A stretch of DNA of 64,000 nucleotides from a virus, in IMG/VR virus record IMGVR_UViG_3300028840_006907, positions 288,001 through 352,000 of that record, one strand, 5' to 3'. This document shows, piece by piece, positions 1 through 8,930 of this stretch (position 1 is its first letter; every line of letters starts with the position of its first letter). Both the position numbers and the translations under genes were made by a program. The notes beneath the pieces were generated by a model, which did no database searches, was not told the DNA's origin, and was given only the letters and a program-made list of their open reading frames with translations.

Positions 1-1
1 T

Positions 2-706
2 ATGAATTCGGTCGGAAAAAGAATTTGGATTGGGGCTGATGATCCTAAAAATTTGACCTTAAGAGTAGTAGACGAAAATTTAGACTATGCTTTTGAGATA
101 GGTATGTCTGATATGAAAGATACAGCACATTTATTAAATGCTCAAGAAATCGAAGTTTTCCGAAATAGCAAAGACCACTGGAGATTGGTGAAGGATGTCA
201 AGATCACTGAGCATCAGAAATATCTAATTAGTCATTCTTATTTCAATGGTATGGCGGATTATTTGAGTAGAATTTACAGTCAAGAGTCGTACTTTAGTGA
301 TTTACGGTTGAATGGTGAGATCAAGATATTAAAAGAAGGCGAATTACCTTTATACGATATTAATCCAGAAAAAGAAACCTATTGTTTTGGTGAGGATGGT
401 GAAGAGTTAATAAAGGTTGGATTTAAAAACAGAGTATATGTCCCTCTTTTTGAGATAGCCCAATGTCCTTTAAAAAAGTATAACTCTGTATGGGATGTAA
501 AGGTAGACGATTTTATTACCAATAATGATTTATTGGAATATGAGAACGATTTTTATGAAAGAATCGTAAAGGAGATAGGGACAAAAGTTAAGATAATTAT
601 CCCTATAAGAACTCCTATAACTGTTTTACCAGTGACTAACTGGGTTAAAGGTGAATTTGGTTTTTCATCTTTTATTATTCTTGGGATCGGAGTATTTAAA
701 CAGTGA
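2..706 (+). CDS. hypothetical protein (5' end may lie outside the window)
   Basis: Long ORF starting at window edge; hydrophobic C-terminal tail; no recognisable motif. Confidence 0.5.
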   Translation: MNSVGKRIWIGADDPKNLTLRVVDENLDYAFEIGMSDMKDTAHLLNAQEIEVFRNSKDHWRLVKDVKITEHQKYLISHSYFNGMADYLSRIYSQESYFSDLRLNGEIKILKEGELPLYDINPEKETYCFGEDGEELIKVGFKNRVYVPLFEIAQCPLKKYNSVWDVKVDDFITNNDLLEYENDFYERIVKEIGTKVKIIIPIRTPITVLPVTNWVKGEFGFSSFIILGIGVFKQ

Positions 707-1434
707 TTGATATTTTTATGACCACATGGTTTCGAGAAGAGTTCACACGTAAGTCTATTGAATTGATTCATGAAAGGACTAAACCTGGCACTTTCCAACT
801 TCATATTTTTGATAATAACAGTGGCCCGAAGATGCGCGAGTATTTAATAGGGCTTTTAAAAAATAAGAAAATAGCATCATTACATCTTGATTCTCGGAAT
901 ACCGGATGTCTTTATAATAAAGGTATTTTTCATATGATGGTGGAGGATTTTTGTAAATATTATATATGTACAGATAATGATGTCTATCCGCCTAAACTCT
1001 CTCCTGATTGGCTATCCCAGATGATTAAAATTATGGATGCTCATCCTGAACTAGCCTTTCTTGTCCCTCAGATACCCCCTCAGTGGCTTCAGGAACCTGA
1101 TCTTGCTAATTTAAAGGATGATATCGTTTATTGTAAAGCTGTTGGAAACACTTTTAAATTAGTTCGTAGAAAAGCGTTTCCTATATCAGAATTCCGTCCT
1201 GTACTAGGAGCATATGGTGATGATGCTCAGGTATGTGAACAGGTAAAATTACGAAATTATAAAGTAGCGTTTTGTCGGAATATTTTTTGTTATCATGCAG
1301 GACAATGTGAAAATTGGGGTTATAAAAAAGAAGAGATAGATTTGGATCCTCGTAAAGATGGTTACGGTAAACCGTTTAGCTATAAATTAATGAATGAAGA
1401 AACCTATGAACCTTTTCCGGAGAACAAAATATGA
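703..1434 (+). CDS. putative GT-A fold glycosyltransferase
   Basis: ORF with GTG 703 / ATG 718 start; HIFDNNSG and TDND acidic motifs reminiscent of GT2 nucleotide-sugar binding; weak. Confidence 0.4.
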   Translation: MIDIFMTTWFREEFTRKSIELIHERTKPGTFQLHIFDNNSGPKMREYLIGLLKNKKIASLHLDSRNTGCLYNKGIFHMMVEDFCKYYICTDNDVYPPKLSPDWLSQMIKIMDAHPELAFLVPQIPPQWLQEPDLANLKDDIVYCKAVGNTFKLVRRKAFPISEFRPVLGAYGDDAQVCEQVKLRNYKVAFCRNIFCYHAGQCENWGYKKEEIDLDPRKDGYGKPFSYKLMNEETYEPFPENKI

Positions 1435-1778
1435 AAAAGGCCACAGTAATAAGTCTGAGTGTAATAGTAGCTATTCTGGCAATAATTATTATAGTTACAA
1501 TAACTCATAACAGTGGAATAAATCTTACCAATCTTCATGTATCTGAAGATAAAAAAATTGAAGTAAATGAATGGGAACCTATAAAAACAGCCGGTGAAGA
1601 TGAACTAGTAAAAGTAGTTTGGGATCAGAAATATGGAGCTACGAAGACTGAGAATTGTAAAGTTGTATTTGAGAATAAGAAAAAGAAATTGTATAAATTA
1701 ATTGCCCCTGGTCTGGAAGTAGTAATAGAGCGTTCAAATATAAATGATATCTCATTTGAGATTATTAAAAAACAATAG
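1431..1778 (+). CDS. hypothetical membrane-anchored protein
   Basis: ATGA start/stop overlap with upstream gene; N-terminal hydrophobic helix (VISLSVIVAILAIIIIVTI). Confidence 0.5.
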   Translation: MKKATVISLSVIVAILAIIIIVTITHNSGINLTNLHVSEDKKIEVNEWEPIKTAGEDELVKVVWDQKYGATKTENCKVVFENKKKKLYKLIAPGLEVVIERSNINDISFEIIKKQ

Positions 1779-1844
1779 TGGTTCGAATAGATAGACCTAT
1801 ATATGGCACTATTCATTTAACTTTGATGTGTAAAGGAGATTGAA

Positions 1845-2657
1845 ATGAGTGAGTATATTCCTCAAATTTGTATTAGTGCTAGTGATCCTGTTAATTCGGT
1901 AAAAAGTCTACAGGGAAGTATTATAGGTATTCTATTTGAAAAAAAGGGTAAAGAAATTAAAAGTTCTATTTATGATAGACTCAAATCAATAGATAATAAA
2001 ATCAAAGAATATGAATCAGTATGTGGTAAGACTGAATCATTTGTGGAAGAGAAAGAGAAAGAACTAAAATCTTTAAAGGAATTTCATCAAACAAAAGAAG
2101 ACGAAAAAAAGGCTCTATTATTGCCTATTAAAAAGGAAATTGAAGAAAAAATAAAAAGAGCCAATGATATTACTTATGAATTTGATCTTAGTGTGTTTAA
2201 TGCAACAAAAGAGAAAGCGATTGAATTTGAAAAAGGTTTTGATGATATTAAAAATAAATTTGATGAGATAGATAATTTACTTATAAAAGATAGAGCTGTT
2301 ATTAAAGGTGCCAGAGGTATTCAGGGTTCAACAGGTCTTATGGGAGAAACGGGGATTCAGGGAGAACCTGTTCACGGTATAGGTTATGGAAGTGATGGTA
2401 ATATAGGAATAGGTACTGATAACCCTGATTCTATTCTTCATATGGGGACTGATCCAGGAGATAAAGCATATAGTAGATTAAATACACTTAATAATCTTTT
2501 AAAAAAATATATCAATAAACTGGAATCATTAAAAGAAGGTATTAATAGATTGAAAGAAGAAAAGAGACGTCTTCAATTAACCTATGATAATATTGATGAA
2601 TCCAGGGATTACAAATTAGATCTTAATATGTTGTCTGCTTTCGGTTTCGAAAAATAA
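1845..2657 (+). CDS. coiled-coil protein with short collagen-like Gly-X-Y tract and fibre-type GIGT motif
   Basis: RBS GGAGA upstream; seven consecutive GXY triplets (GARGIQGSTGLMGETGIQGEP) followed by GNIGIGTDNPDSILHMG, the same motif repeated in the giant fibre protein at 59979. Confidence 0.6.
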   Translation: MSEYIPQICISASDPVNSVKSLQGSIIGILFEKKGKEIKSSIYDRLKSIDNKIKEYESVCGKTESFVEEKEKELKSLKEFHQTKEDEKKALLLPIKKEIEEKIKRANDITYEFDLSVFNATKEKAIEFEKGFDDIKNKFDEIDNLLIKDRAVIKGARGIQGSTGLMGETGIQGEPVHGIGYGSDGNIGIGTDNPDSILHMGTDPGDKAYSRLNTLNNLLKKYINKLESLKEGINRLKEEKRRLQLTYDNIDESRDYKLDLNMLSAFGFEK

Positions 2658-2670
2658 CTGGAGGAATGTT

Positions 2671-3144
2671 ATGAAAATTGTAAAAGCAATGAAAAAAATT
2701 GCCCGGTTGAAAGGGGAAGTACGCGAATTAAAGAAACGCATGAGCCGTTGTTTAAATACCCTAGAAGATAATGAAGATTTTGTTGAATCCTATAAGGATT
2801 TAGAGAAAGAATTACTTCATAAAATTACGATGATTATAAATTTGAAAAGTATTATTATGAAAGCAAATATTGATAATAATATGTTTTCTGTTATTGTGAA
2901 TTTGGGTGAACTTAAGAGTTATATGGAATATTTAAAAGAACTTGAACCTAAATCGGGTTTTAATAGTTTAAATGATTATTCAGATAAAAATGCTGAATTT
3001 AAATCACAATTGACTATAAAAGAAAAGAATGATAAAATTTCTGAATGTCAAAAAGCTATTAATGATTTGACAGATCTATTGGACGATTTTAATGCTACAA
3101 CTAATGTAGAATTTACAGAAATAGATTTAAAATTATTTGAATAA
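2671..3144 (+). CDS. hypothetical coiled-coil protein
   Basis: RBS GGAGG 7 nt upstream of ATG; charged helical composition. Confidence 0.5.
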   Translation: MKIVKAMKKIARLKGEVRELKKRMSRCLNTLEDNEDFVESYKDLEKELLHKITMIINLKSIIMKANIDNNMFSVIVNLGELKSYMEYLKELEPKSGFNSLNDYSDKNAEFKSQLTIKEKNDKISECQKAINDLTDLLDDFNATTNVEFTEIDLKLFE

Positions 3145-3361
3145 ATAAAAAGTGTAGTTGTCCGATGAATAGGTTATAATTTAGTTCAGTTCCGATTGAG
3201 CTTTTTTATAATTTATAAAAAATACATGGTATAAAGATATTGATATTTTCTTAATAATCGTCTTAGGTTTTACAAGTTTTTAGTTTTCAGTTGAGTCGAA
3301 TATCATTGTTCTTTTTTAGTTTTAGTTGACAACTACACTTCCTTTATTAGATAGGAATAAT

Positions 3362-3652
3362 ATGGGTAAACTTCATAAAGAACTTTTTAAAGGATTAAAA
3401 TGGGTCCTTATTGCTATACTTATTATAGCGTTTATGGTGGGAGCCTGGGTAGGGTTGGCATGGTCAATAGGTTGGTTTGTAAATAGATTTTTTGATTTAC
3501 AAAATTTCAGCCCTGAGAGTTACATTTCATTCGGATCTATTATGCTGGTCTTTAATCTAATATTACAAATAATAACTGTAATTATCACCGTATGGGCTCT
3601 TCTTGCCTGGGGAAAATCCCGAGGAATGAATAATTTAAAGGGGGTCAAGTGA
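3362..3652 (+). CDS. small membrane protein (two predicted TM helices)
   Basis: ATG 3362 preceded by AGGA; ORF track extends to TTG 3326 which overlaps an inverted repeat; two hydrophobic segments. Confidence 0.5.
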   Translation: MGKLHKELFKGLKWVLIAILIIAFMVGAWVGLAWSIGWFVNRFFDLQNFSPESYISFGSIMLVFNLILQIITVIITVWALLAWGKSRGMNNLKGVK

Positions 3653-4134
3653 ATCGTACAATAGAGATTGATGCTGAATTTTTTGAGCACCTTTTAAATT
3701 GTATGGCAAATCAGAAGTATATCGGATCCCAATTACCTGAAAAAGCTGCCGAGAAACAAAAGATTATTGATGAGGCATGGCGAAAAGGTATGGATATATT
3801 AAATCCTATCGTTAAAACGAAAGATAAAGCAGAGGATGCTTTAAAAAAATTCAATAAGAAACTTCATAAAGATCTCCCCCTTATTACAAAAAAGATAAAA
3901 GATGTAATGGATGACAATAAATATCCAAAGGATTATGTCACTGAATATGCTATGAAGTGGACTTCTGTAAGACAAGATTGTGAGATGTATTGTCTTATAG
4001 CAGAATCGGTAGATAAAGAAGAATTCGAAAAGTTATGTGAAGACAGAAGTTATACCCGGAATATGAGAGATTATATCATAGAGGTTTTAAAACATGTAGG
4101 GTTAGGAGATAATCTTGAACTGGGACATGAATAG
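3649..4134 (+). CDS. hypothetical protein
   Basis: GTG start preceded by AGGGGG RBS; overlaps upstream stop. Confidence 0.5.
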   Translation: MNRTIEIDAEFFEHLLNCMANQKYIGSQLPEKAAEKQKIIDEAWRKGMDILNPIVKTKDKAEDALKKFNKKLHKDLPLITKKIKDVMDDNKYPKDYVTEYAMKWTSVRQDCEMYCLIAESVDKEEFEKLCEDRSYTRNMRDYIIEVLKHVGLGDNLELGHE

Positions 4135-4315
4135 GTTTGAAAGATGGTTTTTAAAACGGCTTTGTAGAAAGATAGTGACACAGGGTGATCATAAGAGGCG
4201 TATTATTGAACATTATAAAATATTAATGGAAGCTGCAAAAGAAGAATTTACAGAAGAAAATAAGTATGGTCTTGATAGTTTCATGCAAGAATGTTTTGAA
4301 AAAGCACTTAAATAG
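4115..4315 (+). CDS. hypothetical small protein
   Basis: Short ORF, TTG start with AGGAG 6 nt upstream; uncertain. Confidence 0.3.
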   Translation: MNWDMNRFERWFLKRLCRKIVTQGDHKRRIIEHYKILMEAAKEEFTEENKYGLDSFMQECFEKALK

Positions 4316-4335
4316 TAAAGGAAGATAATTGAAAT

Positions 4336-7320
4336 ATGGCAGAGCAATTAAAAGTTGGATGGGTCGGATATGGGGGTAATAGTTGGATGGCTGAGGATCT
4401 TCGGCCAGTTATAGAAAAGCTAGGAATGACTTTATTCACGATTCATGAACATGATAACGCAGATATTAAATGGGAAAAGGATAACTGGTTCAATCATTTA
4501 AAAAAAGCTGATATAGTTATAGCTCCAGCTAATTATAAAAAACAACCTGCAAAGAGTGCAAATCGATTAATACAATCAATGTCAATGGGTAAACCTGTCA
4601 TATGTTCTCCTTTACCTGCATATTTAGATGTGGCTAAAAAACATCCTGGTTCATTTCTTCTAGCTGATGTCCCGGAAGAATGGGAGGAATGTTTAAAATT
4701 GCTTAGAGATAATCCTTCTTTTCGTAAACAGATGAGTGAGAAGGCTCTAGAAGCTGTTGAAGATTTTTCGATAAATGTCATAGGAAATAAGTGGCTAGAA
4801 TTATTAGAGAAAGATGTACCAATAAAAAAAGATACTGAATCGAATAAAGTTCTTATTACAGATATAATCATACCTACATATAAAAATCTTCGTGGCTTGA
4901 AGTTATGTATTGAGAGTATTCTGGAGTGTACGTTAGTGCCGTACAATATTATAATTGTAAATAATGGAACTGATGAGGAATTGCATAACTATTGTTCTCA
5001 ATTGGTAAATGTAACTTACATAAAAAAAGACAGACTTAATTTTGCCCAAGCCATGAATGTCGGGATTAAAGCAGGTGATTCTGATTTAGTCGTTCTATTA
5101 AATGATGATGTTATTGTCAGTAAAGGATGGCTTATGAATTTGAAATATGCCTGTACTGAAGATGTGGGTGCAGTAGGACCTTTAAGTAATTGTGATAAAT
5201 CCTGGCTCCATAATCATGATATCAATATTGGTGGAGTAGAATTACTGCCTGGTTCAAATACTTTTGAACAAATTGAGCCTATTATTTCTCAGATATATAA
5301 TTATGAATCTCCTTTTTTAGAAGAACCTGAACGAAAATGGGTTGCATTTTATGCTACTTTAATTCCTCGGTCAGTAATAGAAGAAGTAGGTTTTTTAGAT
5401 GAGTCCTTTACAAATTCGGGAGAGGATGTTGATTATTGTAACAGGATTATGAAGTTAGGGTATAAAATAAAACAGACCTATAAAAGTTTTGTATTTCATT
5501 TCGGAGCTGTAAGTAGGAAATTACTGGAGCAGGAAGATAAGGGCACTTATCAGAAAGCTGATGAGGAGACTCAAGAATATTTAAAGATCAAGTATTCAAA
5601 ACCAACAGTAATAATCTATTCCGGTGCCAGTTGGGAGAGATGGAGTTATAAGTCTCTTGAACAGGGGGGTATTGGTGGTAGTGAAGTTTGGCAGATAAAT
5701 GTTTGTCGTGAGTTAAATAAATTGGGTTATAGAGTAATCAGTTTTAATGATTCCCCGGAAAAGGAAATGTGGGAAGATGGGATTCAATATCTTCATTATG
5801 GAGAATTTTCGAAATGGTGTGATGGTAACTATGCCGATTACGCAATTATAAGTAGAACAACCGATCCTTTACATCATCCTTTAAGAGCTGGAAAAATATT
5901 TATAATGGTTCACGATGTCTGGTTACTTTCTGCTAGAGATCAATTATTCCTTGATAAAGTAGATAAATTTTGTGTACTTAGTAAATGGCATTGGGATTTT
6001 TTTAAAGGTCACCATGGAATCCAAGATGAATCAAAATTGGCGTTGACTTCTAATGGGATAGATTTTAATCGTTATGATAACAAAAATATTGAAAGACATC
6101 CTTATAAAATGTTTTACAGTTCTTCCCCGGATCGAGGTCTTGATACACTCCTTTACCTATTTCCCTTTATTAAGGAAAAAATTCCAGAACTTGAACTCCA
6201 TATTTATTATGGATTTAACAATTGGGAAAAGGCAGTGAAGATGAGAAAAAACCAGATTGAGATAGATAGAATGAATAAAATAAAAAAGGATATGGAACAA
6301 CCTGGGGTATTTTATCATGGCCGAGTTGGTCAGAAGGAGCTAGCTGAAGCGCAATTAGAATGTTCTCTTTGGGCCTATCCGACGGATTTTGAAGAAGTTT
6401 TTTGCATCACTGCTATTGAGGCTCAAAGAGCCAGAATCCCTGTATTAGCAACGAATTACGCTGCTTTACAGACAACAGTAGGTGACTCAGGAATTCTAAT
6501 AGGAAATGGCATGAAAGGAGAATCTTATACACGAGATTATCGATTAAAATTTGTAGATGAGTGTATAAAAGTTTTAACAGATAAAGAATATAGAGAACAC
6601 TGGATTGAGAAAGGTTTAAAAAATACGGAGAAATATTCTTGGGAACAAGTGGCTAAAAATTGGAAGAAATTGTTTGAAAAAAGTGATCAAAAAGTAGAAG
6701 CAAAAATTATAGATGAAAAAGAATACAAGAAAGATCGAGTGCTAGTTCATGAAATGAAAATAAGTTCTAATTATATGCCAGATCCTCACAGCCATTTAAA
6801 TAATGAGAGAGATCGTTTTCATTATTATAAAACACTTAATGCTTTCGTTTCATCAAATTCATGTAGTGCATTGGATGTGGGTTGTTTTGATGGGTGGATT
6901 GATTTTCTTCTTATAGAACAAGGATTTAAATTAACTGGAGTTGAGTTGATGGAACCTCTTGTTCAAGCTGCTCGAAAATATGCAGAAGTTAAACAACTTG
7001 ATTATACAATTTATCAGGGTTTTTTTGAAGAGATTGAGATAGACCAGAAATTTGATTTAGTGATATGTTTGGAGACTTTGGAACATATTGATTTAAAACT
7101 TGTCCCTGAGTATATACAAAAAATGAAAAGTCTTGCTACAAAGGGTCTTTTCATATCACTCCCGGATCAGAAACATGAAGATAATACCCAGCATTTATGG
7201 ACACCTACTGAAAATTTAATAAGAAAAATGTGGGGTAATAAAAAGAATTTTTCATTGGAATACCATACTTATCAGGATTCAAATTTACCCGCTAATTGGT
7301 TAATTTATTTCGAAGTGTAG
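4336..7320 (+). CDS. multidomain glycosyltransferase (GT-B C-terminal-like / GT2 / GT4-like / C-terminal class I SAM methyltransferase)
   Basis: 994 aa; GT2-type region (IIIPTYKNL...IIIVNNGTDEE), GT4-like region (EVFCITAIEAQRARIPVLATNYAALQ), methyltransferase region (LDVGCFDGW ... LVICLETLEHI). Confidence 0.8.
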   Translation: MAEQLKVGWVGYGGNSWMAEDLRPVIEKLGMTLFTIHEHDNADIKWEKDNWFNHLKKADIVIAPANYKKQPAKSANRLIQSMSMGKPVICSPLPAYLDVAKKHPGSFLLADVPEEWEECLKLLRDNPSFRKQMSEKALEAVEDFSINVIGNKWLELLEKDVPIKKDTESNKVLITDIIIPTYKNLRGLKLCIESILECTLVPYNIIIVNNGTDEELHNYCSQLVNVTYIKKDRLNFAQAMNVGIKAGDSDLVVLLNDDVIVSKGWLMNLKYACTEDVGAVGPLSNCDKSWLHNHDINIGGVELLPGSNTFEQIEPIISQIYNYESPFLEEPERKWVAFYATLIPRSVIEEVGFLDESFTNSGEDVDYCNRIMKLGYKIKQTYKSFVFHFGAVSRKLLEQEDKGTYQKADEETQEYLKIKYSKPTVIIYSGASWERWSYKSLEQGGIGGSEVWQINVCRELNKLGYRVISFNDSPEKEMWEDGIQYLHYGEFSKWCDGNYADYAIISRTTDPLHHPLRAGKIFIMVHDVWLLSARDQLFLDKVDKFCVLSKWHWDFFKGHHGIQDESKLALTSNGIDFNRYDNKNIERHPYKMFYSSSPDRGLDTLLYLFPFIKEKIPELELHIYYGFNNWEKAVKMRKNQIEIDRMNKIKKDMEQPGVFYHGRVGQKELAEAQLECSLWAYPTDFEEVFCITAIEAQRARIPVLATNYAALQTTVGDSGILIGNGMKGESYTRDYRLKFVDECIKVLTDKEYREHWIEKGLKNTEKYSWEQVAKNWKKLFEKSDQKVEAKIIDEKEYKKDRVLVHEMKISSNYMPDPHSHLNNERDRFHYYKTLNAFVSSNSCSALDVGCFDGWIDFLLIEQGFKLTGVELMEPLVQAARKYAEVKQLDYTIYQGFFEEIEIDQKFDLVICLETLEHIDLKLVPEYIQKMKSLATKGLFISLPDQKHEDNTQHLWTPTENLIRKMWGNKKNFSLEYHTYQDSNLPANWLIYFEV

Positions 7321-7322
7321 TT

Positions 7323-7610
7323 ATGAATAGGTATGACATTATTTTGGGTAACAATAGTCGGTTAGCGATGATGGAAAAATGGTCCCCTAAAGATTATAGA
7401 CAGGAATATTTAGGGGAATTCGTAAAACCAACATGTTCAGTTTCTGATGGTCATAATAATTATTGCCCATCAAAACCAGAACATTTTTTTGAGTATCATG
7501 GTAAAGAAGTGGGTTTATGTAAAGACTGCTATTTACATTATTTAAATGGACATTTTGATAAAAGATTTCAGAAAAAGAATTATGGTTATACCATCTATCA
7601 AATCGATTAA
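7323..7610 (+). CDS. hypothetical Cys-rich small protein
   Basis: ATG immediately after upstream stop; several Cys (CSVSDGHNNYC...CKDCYLHY) suggest metal binding. Confidence 0.35.
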   Translation: MNRYDIILGNNSRLAMMEKWSPKDYRQEYLGEFVKPTCSVSDGHNNYCPSKPEHFFEYHGKEVGLCKDCYLHYLNGHFDKRFQKKNYGYTIYQID

Positions 7611-7611
7611 A

Positions 7612-8247
7612 ATGAAAAAAGGGCTATTTTTTACTTTTGAAGGTATTGATGGTTGTGGCAAAAGTACTCAATTAAGATTATCTACAGAATATCTTAAAAC
7701 TAAAAATATCCCTCATATAGTGACCCGAGAACCGGGAGGTACACCACTAGCAGAGAAAGTCAGAGAAATAATATTATCCCCACAGAATGATATTAAAGAT
7801 CGAGCTGAAGTTTTATTATACCTTGCTTCTAGAGCACAACATGTGGAAGAAAAGATAATCCCGGCAATGGAGCAAGGTAAAATTGTGCTTTGTGATCGTT
7901 TTCAGGAAGCTACATTTGCTTATCAAGGATTTGGTCGTGGTTTTTTAAGAGAGACTTTAGAAGTTTTAAATAATTTCTCTACTGATGGGTTGCAGCCAAC
8001 AAGGACCTTTATTTTTGATGTGAGTCTTAAATGTGCTAGTGAGAGATTAAAGAAGACCGGTAAAGCTCCGGATCGGCTTGAGCAAAATTCTCTTGAATTT
8101 TTTAGTAAAGTACGACAGGGTTTTTTTTCTCTAGCTGAAATTCATTCTGATCGAATACATCTTATTAATAGTGAGAAACCTATAGATGAAATTTTTGAAA
8201 TTGTTAAAAAAGATATAAACAAATATATAGATTATGGAAGCATATAA
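7612..8247 (+). CDS. tmk: thymidylate (dTMP) kinase
   Basis: P-loop FEGIDGCGKSTQ near N-terminus, DR motif (LCDRF), LID-like region; ORF track start 7546 is a non-ATG upstream extension. Confidence 0.8.
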   Translation: MKKGLFFTFEGIDGCGKSTQLRLSTEYLKTKNIPHIVTREPGGTPLAEKVREIILSPQNDIKDRAEVLLYLASRAQHVEEKIIPAMEQGKIVLCDRFQEATFAYQGFGRGFLRETLEVLNNFSTDGLQPTRTFIFDVSLKCASERLKKTGKAPDRLEQNSLEFFSKVRQGFFSLAEIHSDRIHLINSEKPIDEIFEIVKKDINKYIDYGSI

Positions 8248-8401
8248 ACTTTGTCCTCGATGTGGGGAATTGGTACCATTCAATACATATTTTGGTGGGT
8301 ATTTTTGTAAGTGTGGTTGGAAAGATGATACTTTTGATAAAGAGCGTATTGCTGCTATGAGAAAATGGAAACTACCAAAATCTTCAGATGGAATTATTTA
8401 A
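8234..8401 (+). CDS. small zinc-ribbon protein (not in ORF track)
   Basis: 56-codon ORF MEAYKLCPRCGELVPFNTYFGGYFCKCGW...; two CxxC-type pairs; overlaps tmk 3' end. Confidence 0.3.
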   Translation: MEAYKLCPRCGELVPFNTYFGGYFCKCGWKDDTFDKERIAAMRKWKLPKSSDGII

Positions 8402-8691
8402 GTTCATACCATTCTGGCATTGCTTCTTTTTTTGAAAGTTTTCGTTGTACCTTTATAGATGTTTTAGGTTCATTTTTAACATATACTTTGTTATATCCCA
8501 GGGATTCCTGGGGATTTAATTCCATATCATTTGTTATTTCAAAAGAGATACCAGAAAAATCACTCTCTATTCTAACTCTTCTTTTATTATTCTCCTTCGA
8601 TTTTTTAACTGCTCTAAGAAGTTCTCTTAATGTTTTTTCGGTAAGATGTATCGTACTTTTATCGATATTTATATGAGGCATATTCCCACCC
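8394..8691 (-). CDS. hypothetical protein, possibly DNA-binding
   Basis: Minus-strand ORF with ATG (MPHINID...) and protein-like charged composition; the overlapping plus-strand ORF 8365-8676 is low-complexity hydrophobic. Confidence 0.4.
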
Positions 8692-8930
8692 AATAAATTT
8701 TATAGCCGATCAAAAATTAAAGATAATATAATGCATTTCTAAATTTCAAATTTCCTTTAATTCAAAGGGTATTTCAGTGTCTCTTTGTGGCTCTTCAGTT
8801 TAATAATCATTTAATATTAGCTTCTAATTAGGTAGAGTTATACAAGAAATATTTATGAATAAATTCGATTATCTATTAATAGTTAACCGTTTTAAAAGCA
8901 TAGAAAATCTTAGGAATAAAAAGAGGCTGT

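Noticed and set aside
4533-4946. Antisense ORFs inside well-supported genes (4533-4946, 11442-11762, 15076-15395, 15477-15725, 17042-17245, 20135-20452, 24797-25139, 35129-35311, 35751-35945, 38456-38659, 39175-39393, 40504-40743, 42988-43206, 43347-43565, 47198-47578, 48840-49112, 54364-54849, 56201-56389, 57227-57530, 59646-59876)
   Set aside because: All lie within longer ORFs that have recognisable domains or better start signals; in AT-rich DNA such shadow ORFs are expected.
8365-8676. Plus-strand ORF 8365-8676
   Set aside because: Hydrophobic low-complexity translation with no start context; the overlapping minus-strand ORF has an ATG and protein-like composition. Neither is certain.
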